64,000 nt of DNA from a virus. Lineage: Duplodnaviria > Caudoviricetes. Positions within the stretch are counted from its first letter, which is position 1; each line of letters opens with the position of its first letter. The position numbers and the translations under genes are program-made. The stretch is from the IMG/VR virus record IMGVR_UViG_3300030330_004701, positions 80,966 to 144,965 of that record; one strand, given 5' to 3'. The notes below the pieces were generated by a model. It was not told the DNA's origin and made no database searches. It was given only the letters and a program-made list of their open reading frames with translations. This document shows positions 56,222-64,000 of this stretch, one piece after another.

Positions 56222-56722
56222 TTAAACTCGTCCGTAGTCATCCTCAATTCTTATAATATCGTCTTCTTGACACACACCTGTTTGAATCTCAAGTATAACT
56301 AAATCGTTAAGACCTGAAGCTCGAACTCGGTGTGTCTGGTATTTCTTAATATCGAAAGAATCACCAGCGGAAATATCAGTTGCTTGTCCGTTTAATTCTA
56401 AAGTCCCGAAGCCTTCTACTACAAACCAATGTTCATCTCTCTTGGTATGTAGCTGTAGACTTAATCGCTTACCAGAATTAACCACTATCTTTTTTACTTT
56501 GATATATTCCTCATCAAGAAGAACCTTAAAAGAACCCCATTGTCTACTCTCAAATGACTTGTCACCTGAGAATGGTGTGATAGGAGCAACGAAGACCTGA
56601 TCTTCTTTGTCTACCTCTTCCATAATAGGATTCCGTTTTCCACACGTTGGACACTCTTGTAATTTACCATGATTCTTAGCTGCTGGAGCTATAGTATTAC
56701 AGCAGTTAAATTTATATTGCAT
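56222..56722 (-). CDS. Cupin, mannose-6-phosphate isomerase type II-like, with N-terminal zinc ribbon
   Basis: RQWGSF, LSLQLH..RDEHW, HR, EIQTG, EDDIIRIEDDYGR. Confidence 0.85.
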   Translation of the reverse strand: MQYKFNCCNTIAPAAKNHGKLQECPTCGKRNPIMEEVDKEDQVFVAPITPFSGDKSFESRQWGSFKVLLDEEYIKVKKIVVNSGKRLSLQLHTKRDEHWFVVEGFGTLELNGQATDISAGDSFDIKKYQTHRVRASGLNDLVILEIQTGVCQEDDIIRIEDDYGRV

Positions 56723-56748
56723 ATCTGACTCCTTTATTAACTAAAAAT

Positions 56749-56777
56749 ATTGTATCACAAGATGGTCTAATTTGCAA
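56749..56777 (-). promoter_or_regulatory. Sigma70-like promoter
   Basis: TTGCAA-17 nt-TACAAT followed by ATTTTTAGT. Confidence 0.65.
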
Positions 56778-56780
56778 GAG

Positions 56781-56993
56781 TTATTCTGCAACTTTTCTAT
56801 TAAGTTCAAATCTATTCGGATCGGCAATGCCAGAATCAACCATCTTCATGGTCGTAATGTACTTGCCTTTATCATCTTCGCAGACAACTGTACCATCTCC
56901 TCTATCTTCTACAATCATCTCGGAGTGTGAACCAAACCAACTCTTTGTAGTAATAGTATTTCCTGTAACATGTCTTGATCCTCTTCTAGCCAT
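56781..56993 (-). CDS. Hypothetical protein
   Basis: SD AAGGAG. Confidence 0.5.
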   Translation of the reverse strand: MARRGSRHVTGNTITTKSWFGSHSEMIVEDRGDGTVVCEDDKGKYITTMKMVDSGIADPNRFELNRKVAE

Positions 56994-57115
56994 TTTATAT
57001 TCTCCTTTTCAATCTTCCTTATTTCTCTGTTATATCTTCTGATGTCTCGTCTAGTAAATCTATCTAACTTAAATAAAGGTAACATAGTAAGTGTAAGTAT
57101 TACCCAAGCCATAGT

Positions 57116-57409
57116 CTACTCCCTGTAAAATCTTCCTGAGTTATACTGAAACTCAAGTCGTGGTTTTTTGAAGTAGTATGTTTTCTTCTTTGGTTTGTAG
57201 AAGTCTGCCCTGAGTGGAGCAGTAATAATTTCTCCAAGACCAAATGCTGTAGTCTCGATTCCTTCGATGACTTTACCACCAGTTTCAATCACAAAACTGC
57301 CAGCACTCTTGACATATTCATCCAGCGGGATGAGCCTGAATTGCTCTGCGGCATTTACATTTGATGCCGGAATGAATAATAAAACTAAAATCGGTAAAAA
57401 CTTTTTCAT
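57116..57409 (-). CDS. Small secreted protein
   Basis: Signal peptide MKKFLPILVLLFIPASNVNA; SD GGAGG. Confidence 0.55.
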   Translation of the reverse strand: MKKFLPILVLLFIPASNVNAAEQFRLIPLDEYVKSAGSFVIETGGKVIEGIETTAFGLGEIITAPLRADFYKPKKKTYYFKKPRLEFQYNSGRFYRE

Positions 57410-57600
57410 TATAAACCTCCATGTCTAAATTAAAAAGTATACTAGAGTGGTTAATAAACCAATCCCAAATAAAAATAATCCTAAGTAAATCAGAGCCACA
57501 GTAGATTTTGCCTGCGCTCTTTCTAACATCTTCTGCTGAATATCGTTAGGTGTTTTGAATCTACCTGACGAAAATGATTCTTCTCTATCCTCTTCCCAGT

Positions 57601-57798
57601 TCATTGTTGATCTAAACCTTTAACCTCAAAGCCAAAGTCTTCGTATGTTTTCCAAGCCGACTCTACAATCTCTTCTTCTGGTGGAGAAAAGCCGATTGGG
57701 TTACTCTTCTTAATGACATCCAGCGCAATGCCTTCATCATCCATCTTTACTGAAACTGTAATCTTTCCAATGTCTACGCTCAAATATCTATCTTCCAT
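57601..57798 (-). CDS. Hypothetical protein
   Basis: Coupled ORF. Confidence 0.45.
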   Translation of the reverse strand: MEDRYLSVDIGKITVSVKMDDEGIALDVIKKSNPIGFSPPEEEIVESAWKTYEDFGFEVKGLDQQ

Positions 57799-57800
57799 AT

Positions 57801-58409
57801 TTAATTCTTCCTTATCCAAAGTTGGTAGTCTTTATGAATTATCGTAAGCTCATCATAGAACAGCCCAACAAAATAATCTATTGCGATCTTCGTCAAGCCT
57901 TTGTTTGCTAATGAGCCTTCCGAATCTGGATACCTGATGCAAAGTAGATAGTCATCTAGTGCCATGATACCTCCAGACTTGAGAACCCTGAATGAGAGTA
58001 GCATGTCCTGCAACACTGCTCTCTCATCGTGGTTCCCGTCAACATAGATGAAGTCAAAGTAATCTTTGGGAAACTTGCCTACATAATCTATTGAGTCACC
58101 CTTGATAATCTCAACTTTATCTTTGTGTCCGCTGAGCTTAATATTATTTACAAATGTAGAGAAGGCATCGCCAGTCCATTCAGCCCAAGCATCAATGCAC
58201 CAAAGCCTTGAGTCTTCGTGCGTCAGGACGTTATCGAGCATCCATATTGCTGACATACCTTCGTAAGAACCTATTTCAAGGAACTTGCACGGCTTGTCTT
58301 TATAGCAAGAAAGAAACTTGTCAAACTCTCTCACTACTGGCTCACCGTTATCTTCAGAGAACCAGTCATTTGTAAAAGTATAATTAGTCAACTCTGCTTT
58401 CCTCTTCAT
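57801..58409 (-). CDS. Class I SAM-dependent methyltransferase (Methyltransf_24-like)
   Basis: LEIGSYEG.S, FDFIYVDGNH, LKSGGIMALDDY. Confidence 0.85.
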   Translation of the reverse strand: MKRKAELTNYTFTNDWFSEDNGEPVVREFDKFLSCYKDKPCKFLEIGSYEGMSAIWMLDNVLTHEDSRLWCIDAWAEWTGDAFSTFVNNIKLSGHKDKVEIIKGDSIDYVGKFPKDYFDFIYVDGNHDERAVLQDMLLSFRVLKSGGIMALDDYLLCIRYPDSEGSLANKGLTKIAIDYFVGLFYDELTIIHKDYQLWIRKN

Positions 58410-58575
58410 ACAATTCGTTAAGTCTTGTTTCTAATTTTTCTTGAATCATAATAATTTCTGACTCAAGTTCAAGACCTGAATACATTAGTTCCTCAAGGTC
58501 ATACCTATCATAATTGCTCATAAGTAATGACATTGCACGATTAATAATTTCAATTTGATAATCTTTTAGTTCCAT
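58384..58575 (-). CDS. Hypothetical protein
   Basis: SD AAGGAG before MELKDY. Confidence 0.45.
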   Translation of the reverse strand: MELKDYQIEIINRAMSLLMSNYDRYDLEELMYSGLELESEIIMIQEKLETRLNELYEEESRVD

Positions 58576-58585
58576 GATAATCTCC

Positions 58586-59005
58586 TTACCACCAGCTAGA
58601 GTAAACAACAGTGTATCCTTGTTTGATTGCCGCACGAGCTTCACGGATGAACTCACGGTCTGTCTCTGCATAATGATCGTCAGCATTGCTACCAAAGAAG
58701 AAGCCAACAGTCTCTGGTAGTTCCTCTTCATCAAGAGTGGCTTCTAGTGCATCCAAGTCTTCAAGCGTCAACTCAAGATCAACACAATTAAACTCACCCT
58801 CTCCACCCTTTTCGTAGTAGAGGTCTTGCATCCATCCCTGTAAGTTAGGATGCTTGCGCCAGTATGCCAACTCGATACTGTCTTCGTAACTATAGTAAAC
58901 GTCTACTTCTTCTGACACATTGCCTTCAGTATCAGTTACCTCATAGCGTTCTTCATGTTTTACAGGTTGCCCTCTGCGAGCGGTTGCGTATTGGTCTAGT
59001 CCCAT
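58586..59005 (-). CDS. Conserved hypothetical phage protein
   Basis: MGLDQY...YWRKHPNLQGWM...FNC...GFFFG...YSSWW. Confidence 0.65.
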   Translation of the reverse strand: MGLDQYATARRGQPVKHEERYEVTDTEGNVSEEVDVYYSYEDSIELAYWRKHPNLQGWMQDLYYEKGGEGEFNCVDLELTLEDLDALEATLDEEELPETVGFFFGSNADDHYAETDREFIREARAAIKQGYTVVYSSWW

Positions 59006-59074
59006 TATAAAACCCCTATCCAATGTAAAAAGTAAATTAAAAAGTAACCGAGGATATATCCTCCTATGTACCAA

Positions 59075-59103
59075 AGTATAACATACAAAACTAAGTCTGT
59101 CAA
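59075..59103 (-). promoter_or_regulatory. Sigma70 promoter
   Basis: TTGACA-17 nt-TATACT. Confidence 0.75.
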
Positions 59104-59338
59104 GTCTTTTAACATTTTATTTCTTGTAATTATCCTGCATTATCGTATGTATAGCAAGCAGTGTGCCGAATATAAACCCGCCGATTGCCGCCGCTAAAGC
59201 TAAACTGTAAAGTCCCACTTCTAAAACCCTTTCCATGATTAATATATTAGTTCCATGAGTCCCAGAAATAACCAGATACCTATAGCAAACGGTGCAAGCA
59301 AGATTATTATATTGACCATAAAATTCTCATACTTATTT

Positions 59339-60803
59339 TCACTCATCAATAGGCTCCAGAGCTTCCTGCATTTTCTCTGAATATGTACACGCTTCTTTTA
59401 GTATATTATTTTTACGAAGCTCGTATAATGCTCTTTGTAAGTCTTGCTCCAACTCTACAGATTCTGACAGGCTGTAGACATTGTTCTCTACAGTAAGCTC
59501 TACAGTCTCATCGACCAACTGAACCAGTACATACTTACCAGCATAAACATCTTTTATAATACTTTCACTCATCAATTTTCTCCCCTATTGAGCCACGCTC
59601 TAAGCCATCTTCGACTTTCTTCTGTTGCTATTGGTCTACGATAAAGTCTTTGCTCGTGCATTGACCACCATGTGTCTCCTGCTCCCCACCATCTATTGTT
59701 AGGTATGCTTGTTCTTACCATATCAATTAGGGCGCGAGACTCCTCCTCATTACTAGGAAAACCGTCAGGTAAGTCCATAAAGCCGATTTGAGAAGGCTGG
59801 TTATCAACTGCTTCTGGTGTCTCTGGCTCTGCCTGACATCCAACTAGAAGTAACAGTAATAATATATACTTACTCATCTCTATCTTGTTCCCAGTCGTGT
59901 ACTGTGTATTCCCACTCATCTGGTAGACCGTCTACCTGAATAACATTGCCTTGCCATATAAAAATATCAATTTCATGTACTCTATCCACTACTATCTCAT
60001 GCTTATCTACACAGATAGTTCTATTTCTATATTCGCTCATTACGATACGCCTCCTCTATTTCAGCTGTTGTAATTCTATAGTGCAACTCTTCTCCATGTT
60101 GGTCGCCATCAATCTCGTACAGGTTATCGCTCTTGATATTTGTAATGTAGAGATTAAGATGTCCGTCAGTATCTTTGGCGATTTCGACTACCCAATCACC
60201 GCGCTCGTGTTTCCAATCATAACGACAAAAGCGAATATCACTCATTTGTCCACTCCCATTTTTCTGCATGATATTCAAACACATCGCTACAGTTATACAT
60301 AGTTTCCACCAGTTCCTCGTAAACATATTGCTTTAGCTCTTCAACACTCATGGATTCAACTTCCATGTCTGCAATCTTCTCACAGGCTTCTCTGTGTTTA
60401 ACCCATTTTTTAGCGGCTTCTTCGTAGTGAAGGCCATCATTGCCATTCTGTCCGATTATATTCATGCGTTCGTCATTCTCTTCGTAGTTGTCTTTACTCA
60501 TCTTCAACCTCCTTGATGTCCCACTCCAAGATGTCTTCGCCATCACTCAACTGTCCGGCGATTGTCTCTGGAAGCCATTTGCGTGGATGTCCCTCTTTTA
60601 CTTCAACAATCATTTCAACTTTATATTTACTCATCTTCAATCTCCTTATAATCAATAACCCCATAAGTTTGGTCGCCATCGTAGACAGTATAGTCAAGAG
60701 ACTCATCGTCAATCAAGTCTTGGAGGTAGTCATAGACATCGCAGTTAAGAACTTTTCTGTCGCTTGAAGTGAATTCTAGTTCGATAATTACTTTTGCGCT
60801 CAT
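59339..60803 (-). other. Array of small coupled early ORFs (about 55-100 aa each), including a probable lipoprotein at 59572-59877
   Basis: ORFs 59339-59575, 59572-59877 (LLLLLVGC lipobox), 60027-60245, 60238-60501, 60494-60634, 60627-60803, joined by overlapping stop/start junctions. Confidence 0.55.
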
Positions 60804-60826
60804 GTGAAATCTCCTATTAGTGTTAG

Positions 60827-60931
60827 AAAAAAACTGGCTTATCCGACTTACGCAGGCTCCACAAGGGGATGACATATCATGCTGCTCGGTTACGGCTTTG
60901 GATCACACCGTCACTTGTGACCTCGCCAGTT
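60827..60931 (-). ncRNA. Unassigned structured RNA directly after a promoter
   Basis: AACTGGC/GCCAGTT closing stem plus U-run; internal complementary pairs ACGGT/GCCGT, CCGA/TCGG, GCAG/CTGC, CACAAG/CTTGTG; GC-richer than flanks. Confidence 0.55.
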
Positions 60932-60937
60932 GATTTG

Positions 60938-60965
60938 ATTATACAATACTTATCGTCAGTTGCAA
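60938..60965 (-). promoter_or_regulatory. Promoter with GACGAT spacer motif
   Basis: TTGCAA-ctGACGATaagtattg-TATAAT. Confidence 0.75.
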
Positions 60966-60974
60966 GAACAAACT

Positions 60975-61382
60975 TTACATAAAACGTAAAACTTTTTTAT
61001 TATCGTAATATTTTGGCAGGTCTTTAGTAACAAAAGGTTTAGATAATATACCTCTGTCTTGCCTTTCATCATGAACAAACTCCACATCAGTACCTTTTGG
61101 CACATCGTACCACTCAATGGTAACTTTGCCTTCATAGTCTAATACCTGACCGTGAAAGTCAACGTCTATAATTTTAACAATCCATTGCTTACCTAGTAGT
61201 TTGCTTTGACCGTCGAAGCCTATGATGTCAACATATTCGCCGTCCATGTCTATGTCGCTTGCATACTCATACCATTTACTGCCAGCCATTCCACCGCCGC
61301 AACTCATTAGTATTCTCTTGCCGCCTTTGATAACGGGCGTTTCTACTCGACGTTGATACTTGCTCCATAATCCAATTTGCAT
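60975..61382 (-). CDS. Hypothetical protein
   Basis: SD AGGAG; own promoter. Confidence 0.55.
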   Translation of the reverse strand: MQIGLWSKYQRRVETPVIKGGKRILMSCGGGMAGSKWYEYASDIDMDGEYVDIIGFDGQSKLLGKQWIVKIIDVDFHGQVLDYEGKVTIEWYDVPKGTDVEFVHDERQDRGILSKPFVTKDLPKYYDNKKVLRFM

Positions 61383-61422
61383 TTCAATTCTCCTAAAACG
61401 TGTTATTAACTCTTGTGCCTTT

Positions 61423-61450
61423 ATTATACTTTATGTATCGTCGTTTGCAA
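61423..61450 (-). promoter_or_regulatory. Promoter with GACGAT spacer motif
   Basis: TTGCAA-acGACGATacataaag-TATAAT. Confidence 0.75.
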
Positions 61451-61459
61451 GTAGAAACT

Positions 61460-61957
61460 TTAAGAAAACTTGGAAATAAATTCCTTAGTATCTATTTTAT
61501 CCTTGTTATGTAGTATTATCTTCATGCAATTTTCTAACAATTCTTCTAGTGTTTGATTGGACTTCATCTGATTAGCCATGAATGTAGCTAGTCCGCAGTT
61601 GTCTATGGATGAATCTCCACCTCTTGACTTCGGAGTTTTGTGATCCAGTGAGTACGTACTTGAATCCATGAGATCAATCTTATCTCCAGTAAGATAACAA
61701 TAAGGATCGTCTAATAGTTTTTGTTTTAATTCACTATTCTTAAACATCTTTACTATCTTATCTCCTTCATGTTTTCTTTCAGCCTTTGTTCTAGTTTCAG
61801 CAAAATGATTATGCTTAACATGAACTATTCTTGCTAGACTTAATTTATTATACTTAGTATCAGCCATCGGCTTCCTTTGCCTGCCGCTGTATTTTTTCTT
61901 CTCTTTGAATCTGTTTATTTTTTTGAGTAAGACATCCATACTATCCAGTCCTTCCAA
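61460..61957 (-). CDS. HNH endonuclease
   Basis: CYLTG...SLDHKTPKSRGG..SIDNCGL...ANQMK; start uncertain. Confidence 0.75.
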   Translation of the reverse strand: MEGLDSMDVLLKKINRFKEKKKYSGRQRKPMADTKYNKLSLARIVHVKHNHFAETRTKAERKHEGDKIVKMFKNSELKQKLLDDPYCYLTGDKIDLMDSSTYSLDHKTPKSRGGDSSIDNCGLATFMANQMKSNQTLEELLENCMKIILHNKDKIDTKEFISKFS

Positions 61958-61999
61958 AGGTAAGAATCTATTGGTAAGTCTTTTACTGAAAAGAAATAA

Positions 62000-62335
62000 T
62001 TACTCATTATACTCATCGTCGTCCTCCTCTTCAAAGTTTCTAACATACATTGGAAAAAACTTATTCCAACAGGTATCACAAGTATTACTTAACATAAGCT
62101 CACGTTGTCCCGCTGTTAGATATGGAAAGGCATCTTGAATATACTCACCATTGTGCCAAGAAATATAGTCAGCTTCAGGAACAGTTATAATTTCTTTATA
62201 GTCACAGTATTTACATTCTAGTTCTAACCCTAAATCCAATGGATCAGTCATCTTCTCGTCCTTTCTTTTCGTAAGCCCATATCGCATTTGACAGGAAAGA
62301 CCTTGTGATTTTATTTCCTGCTTCCACTTCTTCAT
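62000..62335 (-). CDS. Hypothetical zinc-binding protein
   Basis: CKYC...IQDAFPYL...RE..CDTCW. Confidence 0.5.
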   Translation of the reverse strand: MKKWKQEIKSQGLSCQMRYGLTKRKDEKMTDPLDLGLELECKYCDYKEIITVPEADYISWHNGEYIQDAFPYLTAGQRELMLSNTCDTCWNKFFPMYVRNFEEEDDDEYNE

Positions 62336-62377
62336 TTATTTTGTTTGCTAAATATTTTAGCATTTTGTTATCTATAG

Positions 62378-62881
62378 TTATACTCCTAAGCATGTATGCT
62401 CCTTCCACCATTGCGGTTCTTCACGATCAGTCCATACACACTTGAAGCTCCTGCGTTTATCTACATTGTAGAAGTGTCTGTAAGCGGACACACTGCACTC
62501 TTGCTTGAACTCGTCTGGCATACACTGAGGCATCTTAGTCATTGGTTCGTCTGGTATGTTTGGTATATTATCTGCACACCACTCAATCAGTGCTTGGCTT
62601 GCGTGTACTTTGCCGTACCTGTGAGTATATTCTTCGCACAGAGCAAGAGCATGTATAATCATCCACTCATAATTAGCAACAGTAGTGCGAACCCAGATGG
62701 TCGATGGATGATTGAGGTGAGCCTGTTTGTAAAACTTCTCTGGTCGTGTTGCATCGGTCGGACATGCGTGATGTGCCGTGCAAAGCATCTGCGCTGACTC
62801 AAGTATCATCTTGACAACGTGCTTGTCACACTGTGATTGTGCAGATTCTACTGGACATTCTGATAGGTAAAATATATTCAT
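62378..62881 (-). CDS. Pyrimidine-dimer DNA glycosylase/endonuclease V family protein
   Basis: MNIFYL...DKHVVKMILESAQML, NHPSTIW, EYTHRYGKVH, PQCMP. Confidence 0.75.
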   Translation of the reverse strand: MNIFYLSECPVESAQSQCDKHVVKMILESAQMLCTAHHACPTDATRPEKFYKQAHLNHPSTIWVRTTVANYEWMIIHALALCEEYTHRYGKVHASQALIEWCADNIPNIPDEPMTKMPQCMPDEFKQECSVSAYRHFYNVDKRRSFKCVWTDREEPQWWKEHTCLGV

Positions 62882-63111
62882 TACTCATCTCCAAGATCAA
62901 AGTCTAGTCCTGATAATACATCTGAGCTAGTCATCTGTATCGTGTCGTCTGAGCGAAAACCTTTCTCGCTAACATAGAAGTGTGGCTCTAATTCTAAATC
63001 TAAGCCATGTCTTTCGATATATGAATTGAGCGCACCTAAGATTGCGTCTGATGCTGATTGTCCACTGATAATCATATTCATCTGACCTGAACTGACATAA
63101 TACTTTGGCAT
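62881..63111 (-). CDS. Hypothetical protein
   Basis: MPKYYVSSG...YVSEKGF. Confidence 0.5.
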   Translation of the reverse strand: MPKYYVSSGQMNMIISGQSASDAILGALNSYIERHGLDLELEPHFYVSEKGFRSDDTIQMTSSDVLSGLDFDLGDE

Positions 63112-63112
63112 G

Positions 63113-63670
63113 TTATTGTCCCCTAATTTCGATGTTCATATCGAGCAATCGCTCGATCTCCTTTGGAATCTTCCTTATCTTACTATGTCTATCGGGCTTT
63201 GTCAACTCTTTTCTTGAATCTGGTTGCACAATTCTTGCATTTAATACTTCTGGGTCGTGCATTGTCTGTGTTCTCTTTATCTGTTTAGATATGACAATCC
63301 TTTCACATTTATCTGATTGGTCATAATAATGAGTATACCATCTATCTCTATAAAGATACGGAGCGATGCCATTTATTTTATTCAGTCCGTAATTCTGGTT
63401 ATTAAAAGTAAAATAGTCTATGACCACATAATCAGAACCTTGATACCAATTTCCAGTAAGCTCTCCCTCTTTTATCTCTGGTAGTAATACATTCTTGCGA
63501 TACTCCCAGAATATAATTTGAGTGAACTGCTTCTTGACCTCTCCGCTATCGCTATCTGCAAAGTATTTATGATTAATCTCTATCATATCTACATAGTCAA
63601 CGACAACAGTTTTTTCTTTTATACCACTATCAAAAGTTAATAAGAATAATAATAGTGCTAAGAATTTCAT
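63113..63670 (-). CDS. Exported hypothetical protein
   Basis: Signal-like MKFLALLLFLLTF. Confidence 0.5.
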   Translation of the reverse strand: MKFLALLLFLLTFDSGIKEKTVVVDYVDMIEINHKYFADSDSGEVKKQFTQIIFWEYRKNVLLPEIKEGELTGNWYQGSDYVVIDYFTFNNQNYGLNKINGIAPYLYRDRWYTHYYDQSDKCERIVISKQIKRTQTMHDPEVLNARIVQPDSRKELTKPDRHSKIRKIPKEIERLLDMNIEIRGQ

Positions 63671-64000
63671 TTCTTCCAACCGTTTTGTAAGATTCGTAAA
63701 GCATTAACACCTAAAAACTTTTTGATTACATCGTCTGGATATTGCAATGATTTAAGATACTTAGTAAGTCTTGGTAATTCTGACATATCTACTAACTCAT
63801 CTGGAGGATCGGTAAAACCATCAAAGTCCGTACCAATACCAACGCAATCAGCAGAGCCAACGGATCGGATATGATCTAGTGTTTGTTCTATATACTTGAG
63901 TCCAAGACCTGTGTCTGTCGGTGAAATCCAGTAGTTCATAAATATAATACCAATTAGACAACCATGATCTGACATCCATTTAATTTCTCTGTCAGTTAAG
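63667..64000 (-). CDS. Membrane dipeptidase (peptidase M19) family, C-terminal part; starts outside the window
   Basis: GCLIGI.F, DHI...VGIGTDFDG, KFLG.NALR; frame open to window end. Confidence 0.8.
   Translation of the reverse strand, partial: LTDREIKWMSDHGCLIGIIFMNYWISPTDTGLGLKYIEQTLDHIRSVGSADCVGIGTDFDGFTDPPDELVDMSELPRLTKYLKSLQYPDDVIKKFLGVNALRILQNGWKK

Noticed and set aside
60827-60931. SRP RNA, twister/hammerhead ribozyme or ZTP riboswitch
   Set aside because: AGCAG, AAGCC and ACTGGCGA fragments are present, but the required pairings and remaining conserved residues are missing
159-63326. Plus-strand ORFs in the supplied track
   Set aside because: They lie antisense to well-supported minus-strand genes and show no recognisable motifs
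1-64000. Alternative genetic code (stop-codon reassignment)
   Set aside because: Conserved genes are full length under the standard code, and TAA, TAG and TGA all occur as natural ends

Overview
64 kb segment of a large lytic dsDNA (jumbo-type) bacteriophage genome. Essentially every credible gene is on the minus strand, tightly packed and often translationally coupled, and the standard genetic code gives intact ORFs. The + strand ORFs in the track look like shadows. In transcription order (right to left): an early region of small ORFs behind sigma70-like promoters (DenV-like glycosylase, HNH, Lar-like, Hsp20, tRNA-Glu, nucleotidyltransferase, SSB, rIIA/rIIB); tmRNA and a glycan-modification cluster (glycosyltransferases, sulfotransferase, tandem radical SAM); sigma factor, degenerate DeoC and nrdAB; a block of four Tat-signal DUF1501 paralogues mixed with virion-like and small exported proteins; PhoH; and a replication module (RecA, dUTPase, DnaB, DnaG, dNMP kinase, Cas4-like nuclease, a DnaE split into two genes around a DEDDh exonuclease, SSB, sigma factor, glycosyltransferases). 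The DUF1501 genes and the tmRNA tag (VEENFALAA) suggest a Planctomycetota host (inference). Most notable: the four-gene DUF1501 system with small exported partners, a tyrosyl-radical-free class Ic-like RNR beta subunit, an intein-less split DnaE, two unassigned promoter-proximal structured RNAs (one an attenuator-like nrdA leader), and a direct-repeat-flanked gene cassette just downstream of tmRNA. All calls come from motif recognition by eye; no database searches were run.
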